Positions 19,759-30,706 of a DNA stretch of 64,000 nucleotides are shown in pieces. The notes under the pieces were generated by a model, which saw only the letters and a list, made by a program, of their open reading frames with translations, had not been told where the DNA came from and searched no databases. The stretch comes from an uncultured Spirochaetota bacterium (GTDB taxonomy: Bacteria > Spirochaetota > Spirochaetia > DSM-27196 > DATKUC01): assembly GCA_963832675.1 (NCBI GenBank), contig CAWHUY010000023.1, forward strand, positions 99,289-163,288. Direction: 5' to 3'. The position numbers and the translations under genes are program-made. Positions within the stretch are counted from its first letter, which is position 1. Each line of letters opens with the position of its first letter.

Positions 19759-21042
19759 GTGATTTGCCCGATACCGCTGAAAGAGGTGAGCGTCTACGTT
19801 CACATCCCGTTCTGTGCGAGCCGCTGCCGCTACTGCAACTTCCATTTCGAAACGACAAACTCACGACATGTGATGAGCGCCGTCCTGGACCGGATCGAAC
19901 GGGAGGCGGAATCGGTCTGGCCGGCTCTCGGCCACCCGCGTGTTCGTTCGATCTACTTCGGGGGTGGAACGCCGAGCGCTCTCGCGCCGGATCTCCTCGA
20001 TGCTTTTCTTCCGCGGTTCAAGCGCGCGATCGGTTTCTCCGAGACCGATCGCGTGGAGTGGAGTTTCGAAGCAAACCCGGAATCCACGAGTGAAGAGCTG
20101 CTCGCGGTCCTCGGCGCCCATGGCATCAACCGATTGAGCATAGGAGTGCAGTCGTTCCAGAACCATCTGCTCCGGTTTCTCGGCAGACGAGCTGACCGGA
20201 GCACCTCGCTTCGCGCGTTCGACGTTGCTTTGCGCCATCGGGACAGGATCCCCCACCTGAGCCTTGACCTCATGACCGGCGTTCCGGGCCAGACGGCTGC
20301 CGACGTTCACGAAGACGTGAAGACCGCGATCGAGCAGATGCCCGATCACATTTCCCTGTACTCACTGACCGTCGAAGAGAGGACGCCGCTCGCACAGGCC
20401 GTCGGCATTCGCCCTCACCTGTTGCCCGGGGCCGTCCTCGGTGAGTCGCTCTGGCTCACGGCGAGGGAGCTCCTGCGGGACGAGGATTTCGCCTGGTACG
20501 AGATATCGAACTTTGCCCACGCCGGCGGCGAGTCGGCCCACAACCGGAGCTACTGGACACTCGAACCCTATATCGGCTTCGGTCCGGGTGCAGTATCCAC
20601 GGTGCCTGCAGCCTCATGTCCATCGACCGAAGAGCCGACTCGGATTCAAGCGATCCGCACCCGGAATCCCGGCCTCTTTCTCTACAAGCCCGGCCGCACG
20701 CCGTTTGGATGGGACGATCCCGGTCGTGAGATCGAAAAGATAAGTCCGCGTGATTTCCTGCTCGAACATTTCATTACCGGCCTCCGGACTGTCGAAGGCG
20801 TGAGCCTGTCGCGAATCCGGTCTATTTTCGGCGACCGGGCCATTGATGCGCTCAAGCCTGTTCTCCGGGAGTGGTCAACGAATGGGTACCTCGACGAGAA
20901 GCTCATGGCGGGTTCGGCCCGCGTCGCAATGGTTCCGGAAGAGAGGCTGCGTCTGGATCGTCACCTGGTGACGCTTGTCGGGGAGCTCGATCAGTTTGAA
21001 TCGATGGATTCAATAGTCTGGCCGGCTTCTGCGGACCTGTAG
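19759..21042 (+). CDS. hemW: Radical SAM heme chaperone HemW (HemN-like, oxygen-independent coproporphyrinogen oxidase-like)
   Basis: CxxxCxxC motif (CASRCRYC), HemN_C-like C terminus, 427 aa. Confidence 0.8.
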   Translation: MICPIPLKEVSVYVHIPFCASRCRYCNFHFETTNSRHVMSAVLDRIEREAESVWPALGHPRVRSIYFGGGTPSALAPDLLDAFLPRFKRAIGFSETDRVEWSFEANPESTSEELLAVLGAHGINRLSIGVQSFQNHLLRFLGRRADRSTSLRAFDVALRHRDRIPHLSLDLMTGVPGQTAADVHEDVKTAIEQMPDHISLYSLTVEERTPLAQAVGIRPHLLPGAVLGESLWLTARELLRDEDFAWYEISNFAHAGGESAHNRSYWTLEPYIGFGPGAVSTVPAASCPSTEEPTRIQAIRTRNPGLFLYKPGRTPFGWDDPGREIEKISPRDFLLEHFITGLRTVEGVSLSRIRSIFGDRAIDALKPVLREWSTNGYLDEKLMAGSARVAMVPEERLRLDRHLVTLVGELDQFESMDSIVWPASADL

Positions 21043-23780
21043 CCCTCGTCACTATCGGCGCTCATCGGAAACCGGATCTGCGTTCGCGTACCGTGGCTCG
21101 CATCTACGGTGAGCTCGCCCCGGATTTGCCGCACCAGCAGATCCACCATCATGAGCCCGAATGAGGCGACCGGCCGATCGGGATCGGGTGCATAGCCTTT
21201 TCCGTCATCCTCGACCACCAGCGTACAGTGTCGTATCGTGTCGGCGGACATTGAGAGCCGGATGGTTCCGTTCGCGCCGGCATCAAACCCATACTTGAGG
21301 GAGTTGGAAGCCAATTCATTGATGATGAGTGCGCAGGGAAGCGCGTGCTCGATGTCAAGCTCCAGTTGTCCGATATCGCTGACGATGCGGACGTTTGCGG
21401 CGGCCGTTCCGTAGGTATTCTGGATCTTGGAGACGAGGCGCAGGACGTAGTCATCCATACGGATAGACGCGAAGTTCTCGTTCTGATAGAGGACCTCATG
21501 GATCAGCGCCATCGTCAACACCCGGTTCTTGCTTGCGTTGAGGATTTCGATGTCATGCGGGTCACGAATCCGAGAAGATTGCAGGGAGAGAAGGCTTACC
21601 ACGACCTGTAGATTGTTCTTGACCCTATGGTGGATTTCCCGGAGCAGCACGTCCTTTTCGCGCACCGACTCGGTGAGCTGTTCTGCGGCTCGAATCCTCT
21701 CCGTCTCATCGCGGAAGGTCCAGACCCGACCCACGATACGTCCATCAAGCATTTGCGGCAGCGAGTAGCGTTCGAATATTCTCCCGTCCTTCAGCTCGAT
21801 CAACTCCTGGGAAGAGGGATTACCGCCGGCGACGACGTCACGAATGCTTGCCATGAAGAACTCCGGATCCTTCACCTTCGACAGAATGTGCCCAAGAATT
21901 GCGCCGTCCCGGCGCGGCGTCAGAACCGATTCCGGTATCTGCCACAGATCGACGAATTTGTGATTGTAGCTCACGATTGCGTTCGCGTTGTCTACACCAA
22001 GAATTCCGTCGGCGGTAGCGTCAAGGACAGCGTGCTGGAGCGAAACCGCCTGGCGCAGGGCGGTCTCGGTTTCCATCAGATCGGTGATGTCCCGAATCAC
22101 TTCGATAGACCCAAAACGCACGCCGTTCTGATCTTTGAGCGGTGCGGCGACCGCCCAAAGGTGTGCACCCTGGCCGGCGCGAAAGCTGGCCACGAAGCTC
22201 TCAGCGTATATTGCATCGGCGGTACGCCGAACATACTTGTATCGCGCCTCCTGGTCCTCCGCATAAGTGTCGAGCAGGTCGACGAGTATCGGACTCCGGC
22301 TGCCCGCGAATGGGATAGCGTAGGCGTAGTCCCCCTCGCCAAGGATCTCCTCGGCTTTGATCCCTGTGAGCAACTCTATCGCGTGATTCCACGCCCGCAC
22401 CCGTCCCTCCCGGTCGATGATGAATGTCGGTTCCGGGAAGAACTCGACCACGTCAAGAAGCCGCTGACGCTCGGATTGCAGAGCAGCATCGCTCTTTTCC
22501 CGCTCGGTCTCGTCGCGGGCGACGACAAAGACTCCGCGCACTGCCTCGTCGTCCCGATAGAGAGACGCGTTGCAGCGGATGTGCACCTCGACGCCGTCGG
22601 GTCTGCGAATCGAGAGTTGATAGTCGCGCAGGGAGGATTCCCTCCACACTCGATCCAGTCCCTCCTGCGCTCGTTCACTGTCGGCAAAGAGAGTCGGGAA
22701 ACGAGAGCCGACCAGCTCGGCCCTCGGACGGCCGGCGACCAGCTCCATCGCACCGTTGACGTCCTGCACCTCGCCGCTGGGACCGACGACCATGAACGGA
22801 TCGACGCTCGCTTCGATGAGGTTCCGGGAGTAGCGCTCGCGTTCGCGGGCGTCGGCTTCCGCATTCTGGCGCTCCACTACCTCCGTGCGGAGGGCGCGAT
22901 TCGCGGACATCACTTGAAACAGGAGCAGGGACAGAAGCAGACTCAACGCGCACCCGGCGTAAAAGTAGAGGGAGCGCGGCGCATTGAATTTCGCCCAGCC
23001 GTCCGGAGGAACAGCGGCAATCTGCCAGCTGCCCGACGGAAGCACAATGTCAAGATTCACCGGATCCTCTTCGAAGATCCGGGAACTACCCCAGAACACG
23101 GCTCCATCCGGACCCAGTCCGTCGGTTCCGCGAAGCGCAACACGCATCGTCGCTTCGGCACGATCGAGACCGGCAGCCGCAATCAAGGCGGGGAAATCGA
23201 TCACGGTCGAAATGATTCCCCAGTAGGTAGAGCCCGGGCCGTCGGTGTTGTCCAGAAAGACGGGTACTCGGGCAATGATGCCGACGCCGCCCTGAACGAG
23301 AGCCACCGGGCCTGCCACAACGATCCGTCGTTCCTCGATCGCACGCGCGACCGTGCGCCACTGACTGGGAATGTCGCGAAAATTCACGCCGATTATGCCT
23401 TCGTTTCCGCGCCGCGGAAAGACGTAGGAAACTATGCCGCCGGGGGCGACCGCGACATCCCGGATCGTTCCCCGCTGTGAGACGATGTCGTCGGCAAACG
23501 CGTCAAACTCCGCGTTGCTGATCCTTCCCTGAGTCTTGATGAGACTCACCAGGCCCTGCGTGAGATAGATACTCGATTGTAACTCGACGTTCAGCTTGCC
23601 GCGGAGTCGGTTAAGCTCAATGGCCACGGTTTCCCGCACCCTCGCCGCTTCAGTGCGGAACTGGAGATAGGAAACCCCGACACTGACGAAAATGCCGACC
23701 ACCAGCAAGGCCGCGGCGACAATGATGGGCACCTGTCTCGTGGTTCGGGATGTGCTGTTGGATCGGTCGAAGATACCCAT
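20991..23780 (-). CDS. Multi-PAS sensor histidine kinase, HisKA_2/HWE type, with periplasmic sensor domain
   Basis: Two TM segments flank a roughly 270-aa periplasmic domain. Several PAS repeats follow, then the H-box LREIHHRVKNNLQVV (HisKA_2) and HATPase_c. Its 3' end overlaps hemW by 52 bp. Confidence 0.8.
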   Translation of the reverse strand: MGIFDRSNSTSRTTRQVPIIVAAALLVVGIFVSVGVSYLQFRTEAARVRETVAIELNRLRGKLNVELQSSIYLTQGLVSLIKTQGRISNAEFDAFADDIVSQRGTIRDVAVAPGGIVSYVFPRRGNEGIIGVNFRDIPSQWRTVARAIEERRIVVAGPVALVQGGVGIIARVPVFLDNTDGPGSTYWGIISTVIDFPALIAAAGLDRAEATMRVALRGTDGLGPDGAVFWGSSRIFEEDPVNLDIVLPSGSWQIAAVPPDGWAKFNAPRSLYFYAGCALSLLLSLLLFQVMSANRALRTEVVERQNAEADARERERYSRNLIEASVDPFMVVGPSGEVQDVNGAMELVAGRPRAELVGSRFPTLFADSERAQEGLDRVWRESSLRDYQLSIRRPDGVEVHIRCNASLYRDDEAVRGVFVVARDETEREKSDAALQSERQRLLDVVEFFPEPTFIIDREGRVRAWNHAIELLTGIKAEEILGEGDYAYAIPFAGSRSPILVDLLDTYAEDQEARYKYVRRTADAIYAESFVASFRAGQGAHLWAVAAPLKDQNGVRFGSIEVIRDITDLMETETALRQAVSLQHAVLDATADGILGVDNANAIVSYNHKFVDLWQIPESVLTPRRDGAILGHILSKVKDPEFFMASIRDVVAGGNPSSQELIELKDGRIFERYSLPQMLDGRIVGRVWTFRDETERIRAAEQLTESVREKDVLLREIHHRVKNNLQVVVSLLSLQSSRIRDPHDIEILNASKNRVLTMALIHEVLYQNENFASIRMDDYVLRLVSKIQNTYGTAAANVRIVSDIGQLELDIEHALPCALIINELASNSLKYGFDAGANGTIRLSMSADTIRHCTLVVEDDGKGYAPDPDRPVASFGLMMVDLLVRQIRGELTVDASHGTRTQIRFPMSADSDEGYRSAEAGQTIESIDSN

Positions 23781-23806
23781 CTGTTCGGTTGAATCAGAGT
23801 AGTTGA

Positions 23807-25054
<1,248 letters not shown>

Positions 25055-25073
25055 GCCCGTTCGAGCAACCAAA

Positions 25074-25103
25074 GGCGGCGTCTCCCGATGCCGCCTTTTT
25101 TTT
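25074..25103 (+). terminator. Rho-independent terminator of gap
   Basis: Stem GGCGGCG / GCCGCC with a 9-nt loop, followed by T8. Confidence 0.8.
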
Positions 25104-25116
25104 GTATACTGCCCCC

Positions 25117-26109
25117 ATGGACGACTCCTTTCTGTCCGGCATCGACCCGGAGACACGCCTTCCCTACGGCGTCAGCAACTACTACGCGCAGCTCGCTGCT
25201 TCAGAAGACCCGACATTCGATCCAATCGCCGCTCAGTTCATCCCCCAGAAGGCCGAGCTCGTGACTCTCCCGGTGGAGACGCCGGATCCGATAGGCGACA
25301 GGCGCTACCTCGTCGAGGAGCGGCTCGTCCACCATTACCGCGACCGGGTGCTCATCCTCGCAAACGACCGATGCGCCACCTATTGCAGGCACTGTTTCCG
25401 TCGTCACTTCACCGGCCATGGCGGTGGTCGCCTCACCGATCCGCAGCTCGACCGTATCTGCGGCTACCTCGAGCGTACACCGGCAGTTCAGGAGATCCTG
25501 CTGTCCGGAGGCGATCCGCTCATGCTCTCCGACGCGGAAATAGAACGCATCATCGCCCGGCTCAAAGCGGTCAATTCGGACTATATCATCCGTCTCTGTA
25601 CCAGATTGCCGGTCGTGCTCCCATCCCGGGTAACACCGCAGCTGGCGGCGACACTCGGACGCTTCGATTCTGTGTGGGCGATCATACACACGAACCATCC
25701 GCGTGAGGTAACCGAGGATTTCCGCCGCGCAGTGCGGACCTTCATGACAGGGGGGATTCCCGTGCTCAACCAGGCGGTACTGCTTCGCGGGATCAATGAC
25801 GATGTGGAAACCCTCGAACGGCTCTTTCGCGCGCTTGTTCGGACGGGGGTGAAGCCCTACTATCTTTTTCAGGGCGACCTCGCCGCCGGCACTTCCCACT
25901 TTCGGGTACCGGTGGAACGGGGTATCGAACTGATGCGGCAGCTGCGTTCGCGGCTATCCGGCATCGCTATTCCAACCTACGCGGTGGACCTCCCCGACGG
26001 TGGCGGAAAGGTGCCTGTCGAATCGTCCCTGCTCCGAACCGAGACGGCCTGGTACGTGTTTCGCGGTCCTGATGGAAAAGAGCATCGTTATCCGCGAGAG
26101 CTGGGGTAA
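25117..26109 (+). CDS. KamA family radical SAM protein (lysine 2,3-aminomutase-like, EpmB/YjeK size class)
   Basis: CATYCRHC radical SAM cluster motif, 330 aa. TATACT ends only 7 nt before the ATG, suggesting a leaderless or read-through transcript. Confidence 0.8.
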   Translation: MDDSFLSGIDPETRLPYGVSNYYAQLAASEDPTFDPIAAQFIPQKAELVTLPVETPDPIGDRRYLVEERLVHHYRDRVLILANDRCATYCRHCFRRHFTGHGGGRLTDPQLDRICGYLERTPAVQEILLSGGDPLMLSDAEIERIIARLKAVNSDYIIRLCTRLPVVLPSRVTPQLAATLGRFDSVWAIIHTNHPREVTEDFRRAVRTFMTGGIPVLNQAVLLRGINDDVETLERLFRALVRTGVKPYYLFQGDLAAGTSHFRVPVERGIELMRQLRSRLSGIAIPTYAVDLPDGGGKVPVESSLLRTETAWYVFRGPDGKEHRYPRELG

Positions 26110-26169
26110 TCGGAATGTCAGCCTGAATCACAGGCGTCGTCGAACAGGCACCTCTTCGGCCCACTAACG

Positions 26170-27378
26170 TCAAAAGACCACGCGGAGCTGGGCACCGTAC
26201 TGAACGGTCGAGCCGCCGGAAATCCCGCTCCGAACGTCGCCCCAGAAGCAGCGCACATAGGCGAGAAGGTCGGCATTCTGGGCGATGTTGTAGGCATACT
26301 GTGCCGTTCCCAGGACCGATCCTGCCGAGAGATCGAACACGCCGCTGACTCCGACGCTGGCAAGATCGGTGAGCAGATAGCGCACGTCGGAGTAGAGATA
26401 GTGTTGATTCAGGAAGACTCGCTGGGCCGACGCCACCTCGACCGGGCTGAGACTTCCCGGCGCCGCCGGATCGCCGTTGTAGTAGTATTCGGCCGATAGA
26501 AAGAGCTTTCCGCTGAATGAATAGTCCGCTCCAAACATACCTTCGAAATAACTCTTCCACGGATCGAAGAGAAAATGCTGCACTGCCTCCCCGTGAATGC
26601 CGAGCACAAGGTCTCCCTTGAAATCGAGGCCGCCAATGAGCCCGCGGTCGACTCCGCGATAGAGTCCTACCGCCGCTATGTCGTAGTCCGCAATATTCGT
26701 ATAGAGCTTGACGGCCGAGTCGAGCCCGGAAAGCGTATCCGAAACCGTGGTTACCGCGTCCAGGCCGGAAAGGTCGCCGAACGGGAGCTCCAAACGGATA
26801 ACGTCGCTTCCACTTCGTTCGTAATTCAGGTCCGACAGCGCCGGCGTCGAAAAAGCGTCAATCGGAGAAAACAGGGTGCCCACGCCGTAGTTGATGATCT
26901 GCCGGCCGACCGAGATATCCATGAGGTCGGTGTAGACCGAAAGATAGAGCTTGCGCAGGTCGAAATTCAATACAGCACCGTTGGAGGTAAGGAACGGGAC
27001 CAGCGCGGAGTAGGACGGGCCGAGCTGCGACGAGAGTCCCGCGACGTACGCGTCGGCGTACGCGCCATAGAGCAGGGAGAGTGCGACGCTTCCTTCGACC
27101 TTTGCGGCGCTGCGGTTTCGGTTCACAAAGTTCAGGGTGAACTTCGACACCCCGCCGACGGAGGGGTTGGAGGCCCCGGCGGCGGCTCCCGGCGTCCCTC
27201 CGTCCACGTTTTGAAGCAGCACCGTATCGTTGCTGAGCGAGCCGCTGAGATCGAGACCGCCGCTTTGCGCGTGCGCTGCCGGGCCGATTGCCGTCAGCGC
27301 GAAACAGGCGATGACAAAACCGATAACAGGGTTCCGCGCGCAGCGCGGCCGCGCGGCGGAAAAATCTACTCGGATCAT
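26170..27378 (-). CDS. Outer-membrane beta-barrel protein (uncharacterised)
   Basis: Internal Met start (complement of 27376-27378) gives a signal peptide MIRVDFSAARPRCARNPVIGFVIACFALTAIGPAAHA, a beta-rich body and a C-terminal ...LRVVF. The ORF-track ORF 26170-27666 reads through from the broken upstream gene. Confidence 0.55.
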   Translation of the reverse strand: MIRVDFSAARPRCARNPVIGFVIACFALTAIGPAAHAQSGGLDLSGSLSNDTVLLQNVDGGTPGAAAGASNPSVGGVSKFTLNFVNRNRSAAKVEGSVALSLLYGAYADAYVAGLSSQLGPSYSALVPFLTSNGAVLNFDLRKLYLSVYTDLMDISVGRQIINYGVGTLFSPIDAFSTPALSDLNYERSGSDVIRLELPFGDLSGLDAVTTVSDTLSGLDSAVKLYTNIADYDIAAVGLYRGVDRGLIGGLDFKGDLVLGIHGEAVQHFLFDPWKSYFEGMFGADYSFSGKLFLSAEYYYNGDPAAPGSLSPVEVASAQRVFLNQHYLYSDVRYLLTDLASVGVSGVFDLSAGSVLGTAQYAYNIAQNADLLAYVRCFWGDVRSGISGGSTVQYGAQLRVVF

Positions 27379-28144
27379 CGGCTCGAAATTCCTCAAACTG
27401 AACTCGGAGTTGTTGACCGGAACGTTAAATTTGATGTCGGTCATCGTGAAAACGGTTTTCGAGTTCTGACGCAGCTGGTCCGACATCTCCACTTCCACCG
27501 GGAAGTACCGGCCCTCTATCTGCCTGACATCGAGCGTTCGGCTCACCTTGAGGAGTTTGCCGCTTTTTGCGTACATCTCTTCGCGGAGTGAGATGAACCG
27601 TTCCTCATCCACCCAGATTTTGCGCACCTCGTAGGGTACGTTGCGAACCTTCGCCGTCAGTTTCAAGACATAGCAGGGCGCCCATCGATCGTGTCCGTAC
27701 CGTCCAGCGCGACGGCATACTTCACATACAGATCTTCGCTTTCGAGCGCGTCCTCGTAGGAGACATCACTTCCCATCATTCCCTCTTTCAGCATGTGCCC
27801 GGAAATCTTGACCGTATCCTGTTCGGACGGAAAATATATCCACAAATTTTTATCGATCTTGAGATACTTCGTTCCGTCTGTCTTCCGGGTTGGTAAACTC
27901 GACCAGCGCTTTCGACGTCCCCACCGCGACAGCTTTCATCTGTTTTGTACGCACGCTGTCTCCCGAATGTATACGTGAGGGTTGCTGCATACGATATCGA
28001 GTCGTACGCCATGTTCTGATCGACCTTGCGAAGGATCTCTTCCCCGGTGAGGGCGCTGGCCCTTCCGACCGAACCGACGGTGAGCAGCACGAGAAACCCT
28101 ATGGCGGCAACTGCGACGCGACTGGCAGTGCGATATTTGTTCAT
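27379..28144 (-). pseudogene. LolA-like outer membrane lipoprotein-sorting protein gene disrupted by two frameshifts
   Basis: Three consecutive frames encode contiguous parts of one LolA-like protein. The first is 28144-~27950 (signal peptide + LTGEEILRKVDQNMAYDS...). The second is ~27900-27663 (...KYLKIDKNLWIYFPSEQDTVKISGHMLKEGMMGSDVSYEDA...DGRP). The third is 27666-27379 (...VRKIWVDEERFISLREEMYAKSGKLLKVSRTLDVRQIEGRYFPVEVEM...FSLRNFEP). Confidence 0.65.
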
Positions 28145-28159
28145 GGTATCTCCTTTTGC

Positions 28160-29398
28160 CTACACGCTCTTGATGGCATCGACAACGTTCATTCTCGCCG
28201 CGCGTCGGGAGGGCAGAAACGACATGAGGCCAGCGATTACCGCGCCAAGAGCCACGATGCCGAGCACAACCGGAAGATTGAGCTGAAAGTAAATGACGTT
28301 ATCCATGGGAAATTCGATCGCCCCGGAGAAGGAGCCTACATCCACACCGTTGATTCGGGTCAGAAGATTTATCCCAACGCCCGCAACGGCACCTGCAACG
28401 CTTCCCCAGACGCCGAGAAACACCCCTTCCCAGACGAAGAGCGCCAGGATCTGATGCCGTGAAAATCCCATCGCCTTGAGAATTCCTATCTCCTTGCGCC
28501 GTTCGAGAACCACCATCATCATGATGTTGGTGATAATGAATGCCCCGAGGAAAAGGACAAATAGGTAGATATAGTTGTAGATGCGGCTCGCCATCTGGAA
28601 ATAGGCCGGAAAAGTGCCAATGTCGCTCCACGGTTGCACCGCAATGGTCTTATCGGCTATGAGCGTTCTGATCTCGCCGGCAACCCTTCCCGCATCCCGG
28701 TAGTCTTTCAGCATAATGATGATCTGTTGCACACCGCCGCCTGTGCGAAGGAACTGTTTTGCGTCTTCGAGCGGGATTTGGAATATCCGGTCATCGAATG
28801 AGGCGACGCCGGTTTTGAAAATCCCCACAATCCGGAACTTCTTCAGTTGCAGAGAGCCGTCGCTTGCCTGGGTCACGACCTTCAGGAGACTTCCTGCGTC
28901 CAGGTGCAGGTCAGCGGCGAGCTTGTCTCCGACGATCGTCTCCCCGGACGCCTCGATATAGCGTCCCCCCGGTCGTATTGAGCGCTGCAGATAGAGCAGC
29001 TGCTTTTCTGTCGTCGGATCCCCGGCCAGCGCCATCGCGTTCTTGTTGAGTCCTTCGTTCTCCAGAAGAACCCCGAATGAGATGCGCTCGGTCATCAGCG
29101 CAATCTCATCGTTCACCGCTCGGTCCCCGATGAGCTTCCTCTCGATTGACGCCGGGTCCGGGATATTCTCGTCAACCGGGAAAAACTCCGCCCGCGAGAC
29201 GAATCCCTCGGTGGTAATTCTGATGTGTCCGGTCTCGTTCTTGGTATAATTCTTTACCATCGAGCCCAGAAATCCGCCCAGGAATCCCTGGAGGACGACG
29301 CAGAGCATTACCGAGAGGCCGACCGACAGGAAGGCGAGCAGAGAGCGCCTTCTGTTCCTGCGGAGATTCCGCAATCCCATTTTTATAAGGTAATTCAC
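28160..29398 (-). CDS. ABC transporter permease, FtsX-like (LolC/E-like)
   Basis: 412 aa with an N-terminal TM, a large periplasmic MacB-like domain and a C-terminal FtsX 3-TM domain. Confidence 0.85.
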   Translation of the reverse strand: MNYLIKMGLRNLRRNRRRSLLAFLSVGLSVMLCVVLQGFLGGFLGSMVKNYTKNETGHIRITTEGFVSRAEFFPVDENIPDPASIERKLIGDRAVNDEIALMTERISFGVLLENEGLNKNAMALAGDPTTEKQLLYLQRSIRPGGRYIEASGETIVGDKLAADLHLDAGSLLKVVTQASDGSLQLKKFRIVGIFKTGVASFDDRIFQIPLEDAKQFLRTGGGVQQIIIMLKDYRDAGRVAGEIRTLIADKTIAVQPWSDIGTFPAYFQMASRIYNYIYLFVLFLGAFIITNIMMMVVLERRKEIGILKAMGFSRHQILALFVWEGVFLGVWGSVAGAVAGVGINLLTRINGVDVGSFSGAIEFPMDNVIYFQLNLPVVLGIVALGAVIAGLMSFLPSRRAARMNVVDAIKSV

Positions 29399-29410
29399 TA
29401 ACGTCCTCCG

Positions 29411-30706
29411 TTACACGAACCGAAGCGCGGCCGTTGCGGTCATCTTCGCGGCTTTTCGCGCGGGAATGATCGCGGCGACCGTTGCGACTACCAGCCCGAA
29501 CAGTACGGCGAAGACAATCATCCCGGGATTCCAGGTTCCGTAAAGAGTGCCCCAGAAGGAAAGTCCTCCAACAGCCGAAGAGCCGGCCATCTTGTCGAGG
29601 GGGAAACCGACGAAGATAAGATAGACGTCGATCAGAATCCCGAGTATCGCGCCCATTGCACTCCCGATCGCTCCGACGAAAATCCCTTCGAAAGTGAACA
29701 TCCATACGACTTCGCGGCGTCGAAATCCCAGCGCCTTCAGCACGCCCACCTCGCGTATTCGCGCGTAGACGCTCATCAGTACGGTATTCACGATACCAAC
29801 GGCGGCGATCAGCAGAATGATGAGGACGAGCACGACGGTACCCGATCTCTTGGCGCCCATGAGGTCGAAATAGGCGCGCCCAAGCTCCTTGAATGTCTGG
29901 GCATCCAGTGCGGGATTCGCGGCCTTTACGGCGGCCGCGACCGCATTCGCATCGCCGACTGCTTCATCGATGTTCAGTCGGTGGACGAGTCGAACATCCA
30001 TCTCGGTGACAAGATCTTCGAGGTCGAGAAAATTGTCGGCAGTGTTGTAGGTAATGAAGACCGAATTGTCGTCGAGCGTCGGATCGAAAGAGGACAGGAG
30101 ACCGACAACCGTGAACTCGTCGGCATTCTGCGCGTCGTATCGCGTATGCGCCGACAAGAGAATCGTATCGCCGATCTTCAGATTGAACTTCGCGGCCAGA
30201 CCCGATCCTATGACAATAGGATTTACCGCCTGCGCGAGGGATCCGGATTCGACACCGTCGGCGGGCTTCCCGCCCTCGCCGAAAAAGCTTCCCGAAACGT
30301 GCTCCGGCAGCGTGAATACCCCGGCATCGACCGAAGGATTCACCACAATTCCTCGCACCGGCAGGGAGTTGCGGTAGTCCGAAAGCTCGCCGAGAAACTC
30401 GGTACGCAATGCAACGCTCTGCACGCGCGGATCGGTCTTCAGCTCTGTCACGATCTTGTCCGGGTTGGAAATCCCATAGTCCAGCGGGTAGACATCACGC
30501 TCGGCAACATACGCCTTCGTGAATATCTTGAGCGAAGAATAGCTCAGGTTGATCATGTTCTCGATCGACAGCCGGTCGAGCCCGGCCATCATCGAATCAA
30601 AACCAATGAACAGCGCGATGCCGACCATCATCGTGATCGCCGTTATGAACGCCCGTTTCTTATGTCTGAGCACATTGCGAAGCGCGATGCGAAATACCTC
30701 GTTCAT
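29411..30706 (-). CDS. ABC transporter permease, FtsX-like (LolC/E-like)
   Basis: 431 aa with the same architecture as the adjacent paralog. Confidence 0.85.
   Translation of the reverse strand: MNEVFRIALRNVLRHKKRAFITAITMMVGIALFIGFDSMMAGLDRLSIENMINLSYSSLKIFTKAYVAERDVYPLDYGISNPDKIVTELKTDPRVQSVALRTEFLGELSDYRNSLPVRGIVVNPSVDAGVFTLPEHVSGSFFGEGGKPADGVESGSLAQAVNPIVIGSGLAAKFNLKIGDTILLSAHTRYDAQNADEFTVVGLLSSFDPTLDDNSVFITYNTADNFLDLEDLVTEMDVRLVHRLNIDEAVGDANAVAAAVKAANPALDAQTFKELGRAYFDLMGAKRSGTVVLVLIILLIAAVGIVNTVLMSVYARIREVGVLKALGFRRREVVWMFTFEGIFVGAIGSAMGAILGILIDVYLIFVGFPLDKMAGSSAVGGLSFWGTLYGTWNPGMIVFAVLFGLVVATVAAIIPARKAAKMTATAALRFV

Noticed and set aside
21627-23480. 617-aa plus-strand ORF
   Set aside because: Antisense to the multi-PAS histidine kinase whose domains are clearly recognisable. 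No recognisable motifs and Arg-rich composition.
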